In this document: positions 48,131-60,163 of the stretch, in pieces
How the letters are laid out: each line of letters starts with the position of its first letter
Position numbering within the stretch: the first letter of the stretch is position 1
Assembly (NCBI RefSeq): GCF_001194135.2
Contig: NC_068981.1
Coordinates: 181,112,352-181,172,514 of the forward strand
From: Octopus bimaculoides
Lineage: Eukaryota
Direction of reading: 5' to 3'
Length of the DNA: 60,163 nt
Program-made: the position numbers and the translations under genes
The notes under the pieces: generated by a model
What the model was told of the DNA's origin: nothing
The model's input: the letters and a program-made list of their open reading frames with translations, nothing else
Database searches by the model: none

Positions 48131-49088
48131 ACAATTATAAGCATTACCTCAGACTAAACAAAGATTTTTGGCTCACCAATCCGTTCTCTCTCTTATGCAA
48201 AAGTTAAATAATAAATTTCTTCAAAATAAAAAAAACCCACATTCCTCTCTGTTAAATAGCTATCTCTATTCTCTCCTTGCCTAAAAGAAAAAACTATAAT
48301 TGTTAGGAAAAAAAAATAAAGGAACAACTTTTGTAAAATCTCACTTTAATACAGAAATATTTCAAAACTCAAGAGAAATTAGAAAATATCTATTCAAGTG
48401 ATAAATAAATATGGAATAACCTCTTCAATTCAACCATTTCAATATAAACCAGCTTCTGTTTCCATGTTATCAACCTACACAAACTGTTTATATTTAAACT
48501 GAAATTTTTACTAAAATCATATTACAAGAATAATAATGGAATATTATTCAAGAGGCAGAAATCCTATCATAGATATCTGTAAAAAAAAAAAAAAAAACAT
48601 TCTTGTTTTGAAGTTAGATTCCAAACATTGGCCTAAAAAAACAGTAAATAAACAAAAGTTAAGCTATTTCATAAACCCAACCAAATTACCATTCTAAAAT
48701 TGAAACCTAGTTTATTAATGTCTATCAAATGAAATATAAATACTAGCGCAAATTACCTTTGTTCATGAGTACCTTTACTTGCAAAATATTTATGCTATGT
48801 GAGGAATGCTTTGTTTGTTTATAAACACACACACACACACACACACAGGGTGCAATGAGTAAATTGTTGGTATTTTATATTTTTAATTTCACACATGCAC
48901 ATTGTTTGTTTTGGGTTTTGTAAACTACACAGTATAGTAGGGTCAGTTGGGCACCATCTTCTGAGGAAAAACAGCACCATGACAATTCACTCTACCAGAA
49001 AGTTGGAAATGACATACTGTCCTGTTTGGCATTTGTGCCAGAAGCTCCTATATGAACATTTCAGAGTGTTTGGGTGTCAAGCTGAGGA

Positions 49089-49241
49089 CACTCTCTGAGT
49101 GGCATTAGGAAGGACATCCAGCTGTAGAAACACTGCCAGATCAGACTGGAGCCTGGTGCAGCCTCCTGGCTTCCCAGACCCCGGTCGAACCATCCAACCT
49201 ATGCCAGCATGGAAAATAGACGTTAAATGAGGATGATGATG
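49089..49241 (+). mobile_element. RTE 3' end
   Basis: Family match, (GAT)n tail. Confidence 0.85.
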
Positions 49242-49869
49242 TACCGAGATTTATTTGTTTGACTAAACCTTTCAAGGCAGTACCCCAGTATGGCCACAGC
49301 CTAGTGACTGAAACAAAAACAAAAATAAAGGATTGTCCCCGGATAGATTTGAACTCTGATCTTTCATGTTTAAAAGAAGAGAATTAACAGTGAAATCTCC
49401 TAGTAGTTGTACACTCATTAGTACATGTCTAAGATATTTAAAATCAATTTTGCAGTCATGGCAGCCATACTGAGCTGCAATCAGTGTTGGAATTACTGAG
49501 TCAACACAAAGTCTAAACAATTTAATTTTTTTTCTGTAGTTCATTGACTATAATGGAAATTTCATTCTCTTCTGGTATATGAATACCTTTCAGCCTGTGT
49601 ATTTAGCTATTCCTGATTTTAGCATTCTTCCAAGTTATGCAATACTCTTTTGTTCTAGCTCAGGGTGGTCAATTCTCAACTTTGTAAAAATTTTGTACAA
49701 ATGCACAAGATGTTCTAGTGCAGTTTGTTAAGCTCCTATGACTCTTGGACAGTCTTTACTTTAGTAAAGAATCTAAATGGGTATAAAGTTACAACTGAAA
49801 GCAGTTCACAACATTCATATTTTCTGTAAATTTTACTTTCTTCAGCAATAATGCAGAAGCAGTTATCAT

Positions 49870-50072
49870 TGTTTTAACTTTCACCTTTCCATGCTTGCAT
49901 TGGTTGGATGGAGTTTATTCAGGTAGATTTTTTTATGAATGGATGCCCTCCCTATTACCATTCCTCACCAGTTTCCAATCAAGGTAATATTTCTCAAACA
50001 GGTTTTTGCAGAATACTGGAAATGGATAACATTCATTTGCAACAATCATGTGATATCAAGACAAAGAGAAAA

Positions 50073-50130
<58 letters not shown>

Positions 50131-50420
50131 TCGGAGTGGTTGGCGTTAGGAAGGGCATCCAGCTGTAGCAACTCTGCCAGATCAGATTGGAGCCTGATGC
50201 AGCCTTCTGGCTTGCCAGTCCTCAGTCAAATCGTCCAACCCATGCTAGCATGGAAAGCAGACGTTCAATGATGATGATGATGATGATATATTACATGACA
50301 GACTTCTTTTAGTTTCCATCTACCAAAAGCATTCATTCACGAGGTTTTAGTCAGCCTGGGTCTATAGTAGAAGACATTCACCCAAGGTACCACCCAGTGG
50401 GAAGACTGAACTCTAAACTG
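49870..50420 (-). mobile_element. SINE-B head + T2 tail, with an RTE 3' end (50129-50288, + strand) inserted in its (CA)/(TA) tract
   Basis: T2 tail 49870-50070, microsatellite, RTE insertion, head 50295-50420. Confidence 0.8.
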
Positions 50421-50459
50421 GATACAAGTTTTATTTAATTTTTGCTTTATATTTGAGAC

Positions 50460-50780
50460 TGGATAAAGTTCTTATTCTTTCATTGGACTGTGACCATGCT
50501 GGAGCATGACCTTCAAGAGTTTCATTCAATTGTATTGATTTTGGTACTTGTTAATCTCCAGCATGAAATGAAAGAATTCATTCTTGATGTATTGGGAGAA
50601 GACTCAATAGGAACTAAATACTGCAAGCTATTTTTATTCATTATGCTTTCACTTACCATCACAGGCTTCATCGGATTTTGTCTACTAATTTTCACCTACA
50701 AGACTTTGGTTGACCAAAGGTTATGGCTAAAATCTGGGACCATGAGATCATACATTGAAGTCCAATGCAAAAAATAATTA
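50460..50780 (-). mobile_element. SINE-B (T1 tail + head), old
   Basis: Family match. Confidence 0.6.
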
Positions 50781-51579
50781 TCATTAAAAAGTGGTAAGTT
50801 GTTTGTGTACGAATGAGTGTTTTCTTTTTTCTTTTGGTGATAGTGGGAGGGGGGGGAGAGAATAAATGAAAACTACATGACACAGTTTCAATATTCAGAA
50901 CAGCCTTCAACTAATTTGCTAAATGCACTTGGGGAATAGCAAACATGCTATTCTTTCCATGACTAAATCTGAGGTATAATTTTGTACACTAAATGAAAAG
51001 AAAAAATAACATTCCATTAAAAAAAAAAATAAAGATTACATTACAATTCCATAAATAATAATAATAATAATAAATCATTTCTTTAAATGAATGACAAAAA
51101 TACATTGATTGAAAATATCTAAATCACATGTTACAAAGAATACAGATCAAATCTTATTTGGGAAAAAGCTTCTCTTTTTTTTTCTCTCTCTCTCTCTCTT
51201 CATAAACACAATTTCTTTAGAAAATGAAAAGCAGGGAGAGAAAGAATCATTCTAAAAATTACATTAGACACTTCCAAGTTCCTTAAAGTTGCCTTTAAAG
51301 AAAAATGTGCATTATTGGTTTAATTGGGATACTTTGTTCATTTTAAACTTTGTTTTGACAAGACCAACTCAAATAAATTAACACACCAGCTTGGCTTTAT
51401 TTGATTCCCACCCTGATCCCCCATACTTAAAGAATTGAGAATAGTGATGGAATCACCATCATCAAATAAACCTCTCTTTCATATAAAGTTAAATTCAATA
51501 GTTGCAAAATGAAACAAAATGGTGAATTATTTTATTGAGTTCAAGTAAAAAGAAAAAAAATTTTTTATTTTTTCAGAAT

Positions 51580-52175
51580 GGCACGGGTGTAGCTGTATGG
51601 TAAGAAACTTGATTCCAAACCACATGCTTCCAGGTTTGATCCCACTGCATGGCACCTTGAGCAAGTGTTTTCCACTATAACCTTGATCCAACCAAAGCCT
51701 TGTGAAACTAAAAGAAGCCTGTATGTATGTGTGTGTGCGTGCATCTGTTTGTCTGTCCTCCACCACCACCACCACCACTTGACAGTGTTGGTGGGTTTAG
51801 CAAAAGAAACCAATAGAATAAGTACCTTGTGTAAGCAGTTTGTTTCCCAACCACATGGTTCCAGGTTCAATCCCACTGTGTGGCACCTTGGGCAAGTAGC
51901 TTTTACTATAGCCTCAAGCCAACCAAAGCCTTCTCACTGGATTTGGTTGATGGAAACAAAGCCCATCATGTGTGTGTCCCACACCACCATTTGACGGTCT
52001 TCGTGTGTTTACATCCCTGTAACTTAGCAGTTCAGCAAAAGATACCAATAGAATAAGTTCCAGGTTTAAAAAACAAAATTTTGAAAAATAAGTACTGGGG
52101 TCAGTTCATTTGACTAAAATTCTAGGCGGTGCCCCAGCATGGCCACAGCGTAATGACAAACAAGTAAAAGCTGTA
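51580..52175 (+). mobile_element. Two tandem SINE-B copies (51580-51825 with truncated T1 tail; 51826-52175)
   Basis: The second head begins straight after gaataagtacc of the first tail. Confidence 0.8.
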
Positions 52176-52535
52176 TTGGCCTTTGCCTTTCCCTTGGATA
52201 ACATAGGTGGCATGGAGAGGGAAGGCTGGTATGCATGGGTGACTGCTGGTCTTCTATAAACAACCTTGCTCAGACTTGTGCCTTGGAGTGTAACTTTCTA
52301 GATGCAATCCTATGGTCACTCATGTGCGAAGGAAGTCTTTACCCTTTACCCTAACCTCAAGTCAGCTCTGATTCAGCAGGTCAATGATCAAAAGTATTTC
52401 AGCTGTTACCATCCCACCTGTTTGTTGGGTTTTTTTTTTCTTTTAATAGATGTACCTAAAAACAACAATGTTCAAAATGTGTTCTTGTTACTTTTTAGCA
52501 CCAGGCCTGGCCCAGTCCAGTAGACCCATGATTAA

Positions 52536-52723
52536 TCCTTTTGATATCATTCTGCATGAGACTGTCCTTAGTTCTATGATACAAACTTCATGTTTCAAAT
52601 TATCTAAATTAAAACCTTCCATCAAAATTACATGCTAATTTATGTTTCAAATTCCAGTTTAATTACTACAAAGCTGTTTTACTAAATTTTTCATTATTCA
52701 ACAGAAATATAGTAACAAAAAGG
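52536..52723. mobile_element. MITE E2
   Basis: ttaatccttttgatatc ... gtaacaaaaagg|ttaa. Confidence 0.7.
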
Positions 52724-53199
52724 TTAAAAGGTTTTCCAGTTGTGCAGAAAAGTATCTTGGACTATGTTGCCCAATGAGTCTTCATCTTAAGATTGTGAAA
52801 TTTAAAAGGAAAATTGGCTGCTAATTCTAGCAAACCAAGTAACCACATAAGAGACTGCATTGTTGGCTACATTCAGAGAGAGACATATAATTTTTTTTTA
52901 CCAGGTAGATTAATCTGAGACAAAAAGAGTTAATCATCTTGCAAACCAATTACCAACAACAAAATACAAACTAATGATTTTAAGTGCCCTGAACTCCAAT
53001 GACCTCACTAAATATAGCCAGCTATTTACACCTTGTGATTAACATTAGGTCAAATTAAAGTTTTCTGAGTTTCTTAACAATACATGCCACTAATTGATAC
53101 ATCATTCCGATCTAATTAAGTCTGTACTCCAAGTTCAATAATATTTTCAACCTACTTTGTCAAGAAAAAAGAGAGAGAGAAATAAAGGAAATATATATA

Positions 53200-53710
53200 T
53201 ATACTTTTTATCTTGTTTCACTCACTGGATTGCAGCTTTGCAAGAGTGCTGCCTTGAATGGTTTTAGTTGATCAAATCAACCCAATACTTTTTTTTTGTC
53301 TTTTCAAAGTCTGATACTTGTTCTACTGTTCTCCTTTTGCCAAACCACTAAGTTAAAGGGACATAAACAAACACTGATTTTCAAGCAGTGTTGGGAGTAA
53401 CAAATAAGGGGACACACACATATATATCATCATTTATAATCCATTTTAGCATTTATCCTATCAGTTCCTTTTTGCCATACTGCTAGGCTATTGGAACATA
53501 AACAAACCAACACTAATTGTCAAGAGGTGAAATGCAACTACACAGATGTACACAAACACACACATGTGATGGGTTTCCATATACACAATTCACTCAGAAG
53601 GTATTGGTCAACCTGGAGTTATATACGAAGACATCAGCCCAAGGTGTCACACACTGGGATTGAATCTGAAACCACATGGTTTTGAAATAAACACCTTAAC
53701 CACCCAGCCA
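53200..53710 (-). mobile_element. SINE-B (T1 tail pieces + head), old
   Basis: Family match. Confidence 0.65.
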
Positions 53711-53959
53711 TGCATGCACCTATGATCAAAATATTCACACTTCAAATTGGTGATAACTTCCTAGAAACCTTGTGAATCCCAAAATATCAAAGCCTGAAAT
53801 AGAAAGAGAGAGAGATAGGGAAGAAGAAATGGAAATCACAGGGTGTGCCACTTGTGAGTGAATGAAATGATTTTCAGCTGCATTACGTTGTTTTCTTTTG
53901 TGTTGGTCAAAGAATGGGAGGCCAGTGATTGTCATATTTTCAGGCCCTTCCAGAAAGGC

Positions 53960-54300
53960 TACGATGATGCAGTTGATGTTCAGTTTAAACATCTGCAAGT
54001 TGATGTCTGCCGGTAAAATGCAGGTGGGGAGACATTTTCAGAGGGTAGCAATTCTGTGGGATGGGGAAAGAATTGGAGAGTGTTAAGTACAAGGTCTAAG
54101 AAGTGAGATACAGTAGGGTTGATGAGAAGAGAAAAGATGAATGGGTTGGTATACGTGGAGGGAAAAATTATTCTAGTAACTCTCAGAAGAGCAGAGGCCA
54201 TTGTCATAGCAACGGAAGAGGCAGAGAGAGGAGACATCACATCTGTGAAGTGTTTCTATTGTGTGAATCTTTGCCAGTCAGTCGAATGGCTTAACAAAAG
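53960..54300 (-). pseudogene. CR1/Jockey-group LINE 3' end relic
   Basis: Minus strand KAIRL..TLHRCDVSSLCLFRCYDNGLCSSE..QFFPHPT..NLQMFKLNIN. Confidence 0.7.
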
Positions 54301-55978
54301 GAAATGTAATTAATTCACAACTAAAAATAAAGAACTTAATGCTCTAATATGGCCTTAGCTGTGATACTTAAAGCAACTAGTAGTATGTATGTAATACTTT
54401 CATTATAGCATTATCTCTCTCTCTCTCTCTCTCTCTCAAAAGAACTAACACTTCAGTTTTCATTTACAGATTTAACTATATTTGATTATAATTTGATTCT
54501 AGTTTTCTGTTTGTTATAGGATATGCAGCAGATGATAATGTGAGGCTAATATGCTAAACTTACTTGCACACCATTTGATCACACTAGTAACTGATAAGTC
54601 CAATAGACTTCCATTTCGGTATACAAAGATCATTTAAGCAAATATCAACAATATTCAGTGATAAATGGTTAGAAACCTGATTTAATAGGTGAGATTTCTC
54701 ATGTTAAAATATTTACTTAATCACACTTAACATTAACTGTTTTCACATAGTTACATATACATTGGCAATTTATTCACAATCTTCACTCTAGTAAACTGAA
54801 AAGGTGAACTATAAAGCAATGAATGGATTCAATTAAATTTCTCTTTATACAGATAAGAGAGTACAAAACAGTCTAAATCTCCCTAAGCACAGGAAAAATG
54901 CAACATCGTTATCTAGAAAGTTGCATAATTATTTGTTCACCAAGAGTTAGTTATTACAATACAGAGAACTTGAAAAATGATAAAAGTAGAGTGCTGTGTG
55001 CATATGTACAAGCATGAACACAGACACAGGAAGTTTGACAAAGGATGTGTCTTGCTTTCAGTAACATGGGGTAAAAAACAAAATGCTTTTGATTGCCTTT
55101 AATAATCAAATGGTGAGTACATTTGCCCTTTTCAATGAGAAATTTAATCCAGAAATATAAATTATACAAATCAGAAATAGAAATATTAGAAATCAGAAAA
55201 GTAATAAATAGTAGCTGATGTTTTTATAACAGAAGAGATATATTATAGTCATAAATAAAATTCCACTTCATGATAATTATCAGACAGAAATTATAGACTA
55301 CATTCTTCTCTGATATAAAAAGTATTTCCTGAAACCATTTTTTCATACAACAGATAGATCCTTTAATTTAAACAACCCAGAACAAGAGAGTTTTAGAAAT
55401 TTGTGTATGAAAGAATACACAGCTACTTTGAAGATTGGTAGGATCCAAGACTTCAATTCAATCAAACAGAATTAAAGCTGTCAGGCAATCCAACTTAGAA
55501 GGAAGCTCTGGAAAATGGAATAACAAATCTACAAATAGAAGATGCCAAAGGAATTCTTCTCCCATGAAGAACCTCAATTAACACTTCAATTTAAAAGTGC
55601 AATCAGTATGATCAATCTGTCAGTCACATTTACAACAACCAACACAAATGTAACAATCATAGTAAATATTGCTTATCACAATTCCTTGGCATATTTCATA
55701 GCAATCAGAGTCCTATGGGCCAACATCTATTTAAGTATGATAAATATTCTTTAAAAAGCTAAAGCTATTGAAATAAAACAATCAATTTTATATGCATCCA
55801 GTTTGAGGTCAGAGCTTGTAACAATCATCTAGATGAAAAACATAACTTGAGATGGCTTTCTTCTAAGAGCAAGTTGTGACTTCTTGAGTAACTATAGCAA
55901 TTATATAAGCCTTTAATGGCAGGTTTTTATACATACAATTTGAATCTTCAGTTACATTTGATTTGAATAACTTCTTAA

Positions 55979-56192
55979 CTATTTTGATATTATATTTCTG
56001 TCAAAATACAATGTCTTTGTTTCAGTTAATTTTGAAAATATAGAATTTAGTAAAATAGCTGTCATTATTAAGTTGATGTTTAGGAGCATAAATTAATATA
56101 AATGATGGAAACTTTTAATTTAGATAATTTTAAAACAGGAAATTTATATCACAAAACCAAGGAAGGTCTCAGGCAAGATGGTAACAAAAGGG
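55979..56192. mobile_element. MITE E2 (opposite orientation)
   Basis: TTAA on both sides (55975-55978, 56193-56196); ends gtaacaaaaggg. Confidence 0.75.
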
Positions 56193-57019
56193 TTAAAATA
56201 TAATACAATACTTAGATGAGGCCAGACAGGAGAGATAGAACTGTCTGCTGAGAACATATAAAGAACAGGTAAAGAAGTAATGTGAGAAGGCACTGAAATG
56301 GGAGAGAGATTAAAGGCATCATAACCCTACTCAATCTAAGAGAAAAAAAAAACTTTCAAATGGAACACTCTAATAACCTCAGAAAGTAGAAATGAAACAG
56401 AGAAGAAACAATGCTTAAATAAAACAAATTTATCAAGTCAACATCATGAAAAAAATATATACCTCTCTAATCCACATTGTAGAGATGACGATGTAAACAT
56501 TTATGGTTATTGCTTTTCATTTAAAACATCAGGGGTTTTCTAACAACTAATCAAGCTCTCAAAATTATATTTTCCAGCTTGTTAATCAATAAAAAATTAT
56601 TTTAGCATAAAAGAAAAGATAAAACTTAAATTGAAATTAATTTCAAGAGATGATATTGAACATACCAATAAAATTCTGAAATAATTGTTTTTTAAACACT
56701 TTTTAATGTTTGTAGCTTACACTAAATTTTGATCATGAGGTGTCTTATTCCTGGAGGTGTACATAGTTTCAGATTGGATTCAAACTAAGCTACTTCTAAA
56801 CAAAGAATAACATAATTTTCACTGACAAATTTCTGTGTTCCTTCAACTATACACCATTTTGTCTGGTCCAGAGCTAGACACATCCAAACATGAGATATCT
56901 GATGTTGGCAGAGATAATACCAATCAAAATGTAGTGTAGGTGTAAATATTTAAAAACAACCATCTCTAAAGACGAAGTTAATAATCAAGAAAATTATAAT
57001 CATATTAACAACCCACGTC

Positions 57020-57300
57020 AAGCATTTAGACAACCATGTTATTTGGGTTCAGTCCTACTATTGCCCCAAGTTAACCAATGCTTTGCAAGTGAATTTGTTA
57101 GACAGAAACAGTATGGAAGCCTGTGATGTGTGTGCATCTGACAACCAGTGATGGTTTAGCAGTTCAGTAAAAAAAAAAAAAAGTCAATAGAATAAGAACC
57201 AGGTTTAAAAAACAAGTACTGGGATTGATTTATATAGCTAAACCTGTCAAGGTGGTGCCCCAGTATGGCCACAATCAAATGACTGAAACAAGTAAAAAGA
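57020..57300 (+). mobile_element. SINE-B (head + T1 tail), old
   Basis: Family match. Confidence 0.65.
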
Positions 57301-57689
57301 TTTCATTTATGCAAATTGAAAATGACCAGAAGCAAAAACAAATTATTGTTGAAAAAAGAAATACAACACAAAACCCAGTAAGTTAATCTCTCCATTACAC
57401 AAATAGAATCAAACAATTTTTCTGTTGTTGGAAACTATTAACACCCAACCTGTGTGAGACCTTTTAATTGTGTATTACAACGCAGACACATAACATAAGC
57501 AATGCAACCGTTGTCAAAAAAAAAAAAACTGTAAAACAAGTTTTATGACATGCAGCCTACAAACTAGTTTTCCTCAACATCTGCAGATTGCACACTTCTA
57601 ATTATTCCTGCAACTACTTTTGCTAACAATCTTGGGGTTGTTCAGCTGTCAGTTGTCTTTCACTTCTACATTCTTATGGATGGTTGTAA

Positions 57690-57870
57690 TGTCGTCATTT
57701 TCTCATTCATTTAAGATTGCAACACATTTCTACTGTCACTGATGACATTTCTCGCAGAATAGGATAATCTTTCCTTTAGCCATTGATCAATAATTTTCAT
57801 CTCTGTCGCATACTAATCTTCGCAGCTATGGCTCTGAAATTCAGTCCAATTATGCTGGCATTGTTTCACC
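57690..57870 (+). pseudogene. Possible RTE reverse transcriptase C-terminal relic
   Basis: VTDDISRRIG* and SYGSEI resemble DDEI..RI.KA and LYGSETW. Confidence 0.35.
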
Positions 57871-57934
57871 ATTCATTTAATAACTATTAACTTGATCATC
57901 AAATTTTAGTGAGGTCACAGTTAATTATTTTACC

Positions 57935-58265
57935 TTTTGACTTATTTCAGTCATCAGACTGCAGCCATGCTGGGGCACTGCCTTGAAGAGTTTTAGTCAG
58001 ACAAATCAACTCTTTTGCCAAACCACTAAGTTACGGGAATATAAACACACTAACACTGGTTGTCAAGCAGTAATGGGGGAAGGGCAGACACAAAGATACA
58101 TACACATGATGGGTTTGTTTCAGTTTCCATCTACCAAATCCATTCACAAAGCTCTGGTCAGTCCAAGGCTATAGTAGAAGACAGTCACCCAAGGTACCAT
58201 ACAGTGGAATTGAACCTAGAACAATGTGGTTGAGAAGCAAACTTCTTACCACACAACCATGTCAA
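57935..58265 (-). mobile_element. SINE-B (head + T1 tail)
   Basis: Family match. Confidence 0.85.
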
Positions 58266-58299
58266 CTCCAGACTTATCAGGCTGGAGTTTATACTTAGG

Positions 58300-58560
58300 A
58301 CTTAGAAGGTAGGAGCTTAATCCAGTTTCAATAGTGTATAAATGACAGATTATAACACTCCCTGAATGGGGTGCTAGTCCATCGCAGGATTAACTTCCCA
58401 GCTATTACTGGAACTCATTTACAGCTGAATAGATGAGAGCAACATCAAATGAAGTGCTTCTGTTCAATAACACAAAGCTCTGCCTAGTTCAGGAATCGAA
58501 ACCACAATCTCATGATATTAGTGCAGCACCCTAACTACTAGGCCATGTGCTTTCACAGTA
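58300..58560 (-). mobile_element. SINE-D, followed by an old SINE-C piece (58560-58680)
   Basis: Family match. Confidence 0.7.
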
Positions 58561-58763
58561 CCTGACTGGCACTCAGTTTATCAACTCATGAAGGATGAAA
58601 GGCAAAACTGTCCTCAGTGAGAATGCAAAGAGATGTATCACAATATATTTTGTCTGGTGATCTACCAATTCCTCTTGTTAAATGGTTGGCATGACCATTC
58701 ATGACAACAAAGCAAACATAGGTATCCCATGAATTTAATACAAAATTTCAAATCAGAGAGTGT

Positions 58764-58764
<1 letters not shown>

Positions 58765-58795
<31 letters not shown>

Positions 58796-58831
58796 TGAGA
58801 GAAAGAGAGAGAGAGAGAGAGAAAGAAAGAG
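58765..58831. repeat. (GA)n microsatellite, interrupted
   Basis: Direct reading. Confidence 0.95.
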
Positions 58832-58839
58832 ATTATTAA

Positions 58840-59050
58840 CCTTTTAGCATTTAAACCAGCCAAAGCTATCCCAAATATTCTACCTGTTTTATGTTCAAAG
58901 CGCCCATATCTGGCTTCTCATAGCTACCCTACAATGTCATTCTAAAAACAATCACATCATTAAAATCTCGGAGCTATAATACATAATTATTTCACAATAA
59001 TGTGAATAGATAAGTATTACATTTGACAAAGTAACCTAAATGCCAAAGGG
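58840..59050. mobile_element. MITE E1
   Basis: ttaa|ccttttagcatttaaacc ... aaatgccaaaggg. Confidence 0.8.
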
Positions 59051-59999
59051 TCGATATTTAGCTGAAGCAACAGAGTGACTTGAGGGCTGAGAGTTTTGAG
59101 CAACAGCACTTATCAAAATGTGTGTGTGTGATTGCGCACATATATATATTTTACCACATTCATATATCTTATACAGTAAGAATTACAGAATTTTCCTTTT
59201 CACAACAACAATTCAAATTAACATTTCGGAAATCCTAATTTACATTTTACTCTTGGAAAGATTTTCTTTAACCAACCAAAAATTTAAGCAAATCAATGTT
59301 TACGAATCAATCAACCGCATTACTGTTAACGATTTTCCAAAAATTTCTAAATTAACATTATTCATTTATTTCTTCAACTATTTTTTTTTTTCTTTCCACA
59401 TAGCATTTCATGGTAGACTAATTATACTCACAGATTTCTAGTTTAATGCTGAAGTGTTCTGATACAAAAGATTCTTTTAGATTTTTGCAAAGTTTCAGTC
59501 ATTTGCTATCTCATTAAACAGATCCAATTAATAGTAACAATTAAATGCAAGAATACATCACCTGCTATAACACCTCTACACCAACCTTTCCTCTTATTGT
59601 TACCATTAACAGATTGTCCCATCCTACCCCATACTAAATGTTGTCCAATCCTTTCTCCCCAGGGATGCTGTCCTCAAGTTACTTCCAACAAATAACTTGC
59701 AACAATTCATTAAATACATTATTTCCTCATCTCAGAAAGTCCGATATAACGATGAGCACCTCAGTTTCTTTGCAGACTATGATGTAAATGGTATGTTCTG
59801 TAAAATCAAAACAAAAGCTCTGCTGATTAAATCATTCGATATTTCTTTCCTCTGTGGTACACCATCATACCACACCTTAAACTGCTTTTAACTAATACAT
59901 CTATACATAATTCAATATACTGATTTATATTTATAGATCTAAAATATCCATAATGACTTTGGGTATTAACCTGCTTGTGCATGTGCATGCTCACAAACA

Positions 60000-60127
60000 C
60001 ATCTTTTATTTGTTTGTCATTGGACTGTAGCCATACTGGGGAATCACCTCAAAGGGTTTAGTTGAACAACTTGACTCCCAATTTATTTTTTAAATACGGT
60101 ATCTATTCTCTCGCTCGCTCGCTCTCT

Positions 60128-60163
<36 letters not shown>
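60000..60163 (-). mobile_element. SINE-B T1 tail running into a (CT)/(TG) microsatellite at the window end
   Basis: tttgtcattggactgtagccatactgggg..; direct reading. Confidence 0.6.

Noticed and set aside
55062-55112. Plus-strand segment with strong acceptor and ATG|gtgagt donor
   Set aside because: Stops in all three frames, and no other plus-strand exon supports it.

Overview
AT-rich eukaryotic draft-assembly DNA with two N gaps and no operon, rRNA, tRNA gene or CRISPR array. The repeat families match what I recall from Octopus/coleoid cephalopod genomes; this is an inference, not a database result. Most of the window is dense, nested mobile DNA. It holds about four tRNA-head SINE families (called here SINE-B, C, D and G-tail), many 5'-truncated RTE LINE 3' ends with (GAT)n tails, CR1/RTE reverse-transcriptase relics and TTAA-flanked piggyBac-type MITEs. 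It also holds a full-length decayed mariner, an internally deleted FLYWCH/MULE (Phantom-like) element, a Merlin-like MITE, a Chapaev3-like relic, a captured Tc1/mariner fragment and many microsatellites. Most entries in the ORF track are microsatellite or repeat artefacts. A phase-consistent chain of candidate minus-strand exons (7778 down to 447) suggests much of the window is intron of an unidentified host gene. The most notable structures are a TSD-flanked inverted pair of Penelope-type hammerhead-ribozyme motifs (18782-19134), a near-perfect 134-bp hairpin (9340-9473), a modular SINE with swappable tails joined at a microsatellite, and a tandem hairpin array in the RTE 3' UTR. These appear to be new arrangements of known element classes; I found no clearly unprecedented system. 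Boundaries of diverged repeat copies are approximate, within about 10-20 bp.
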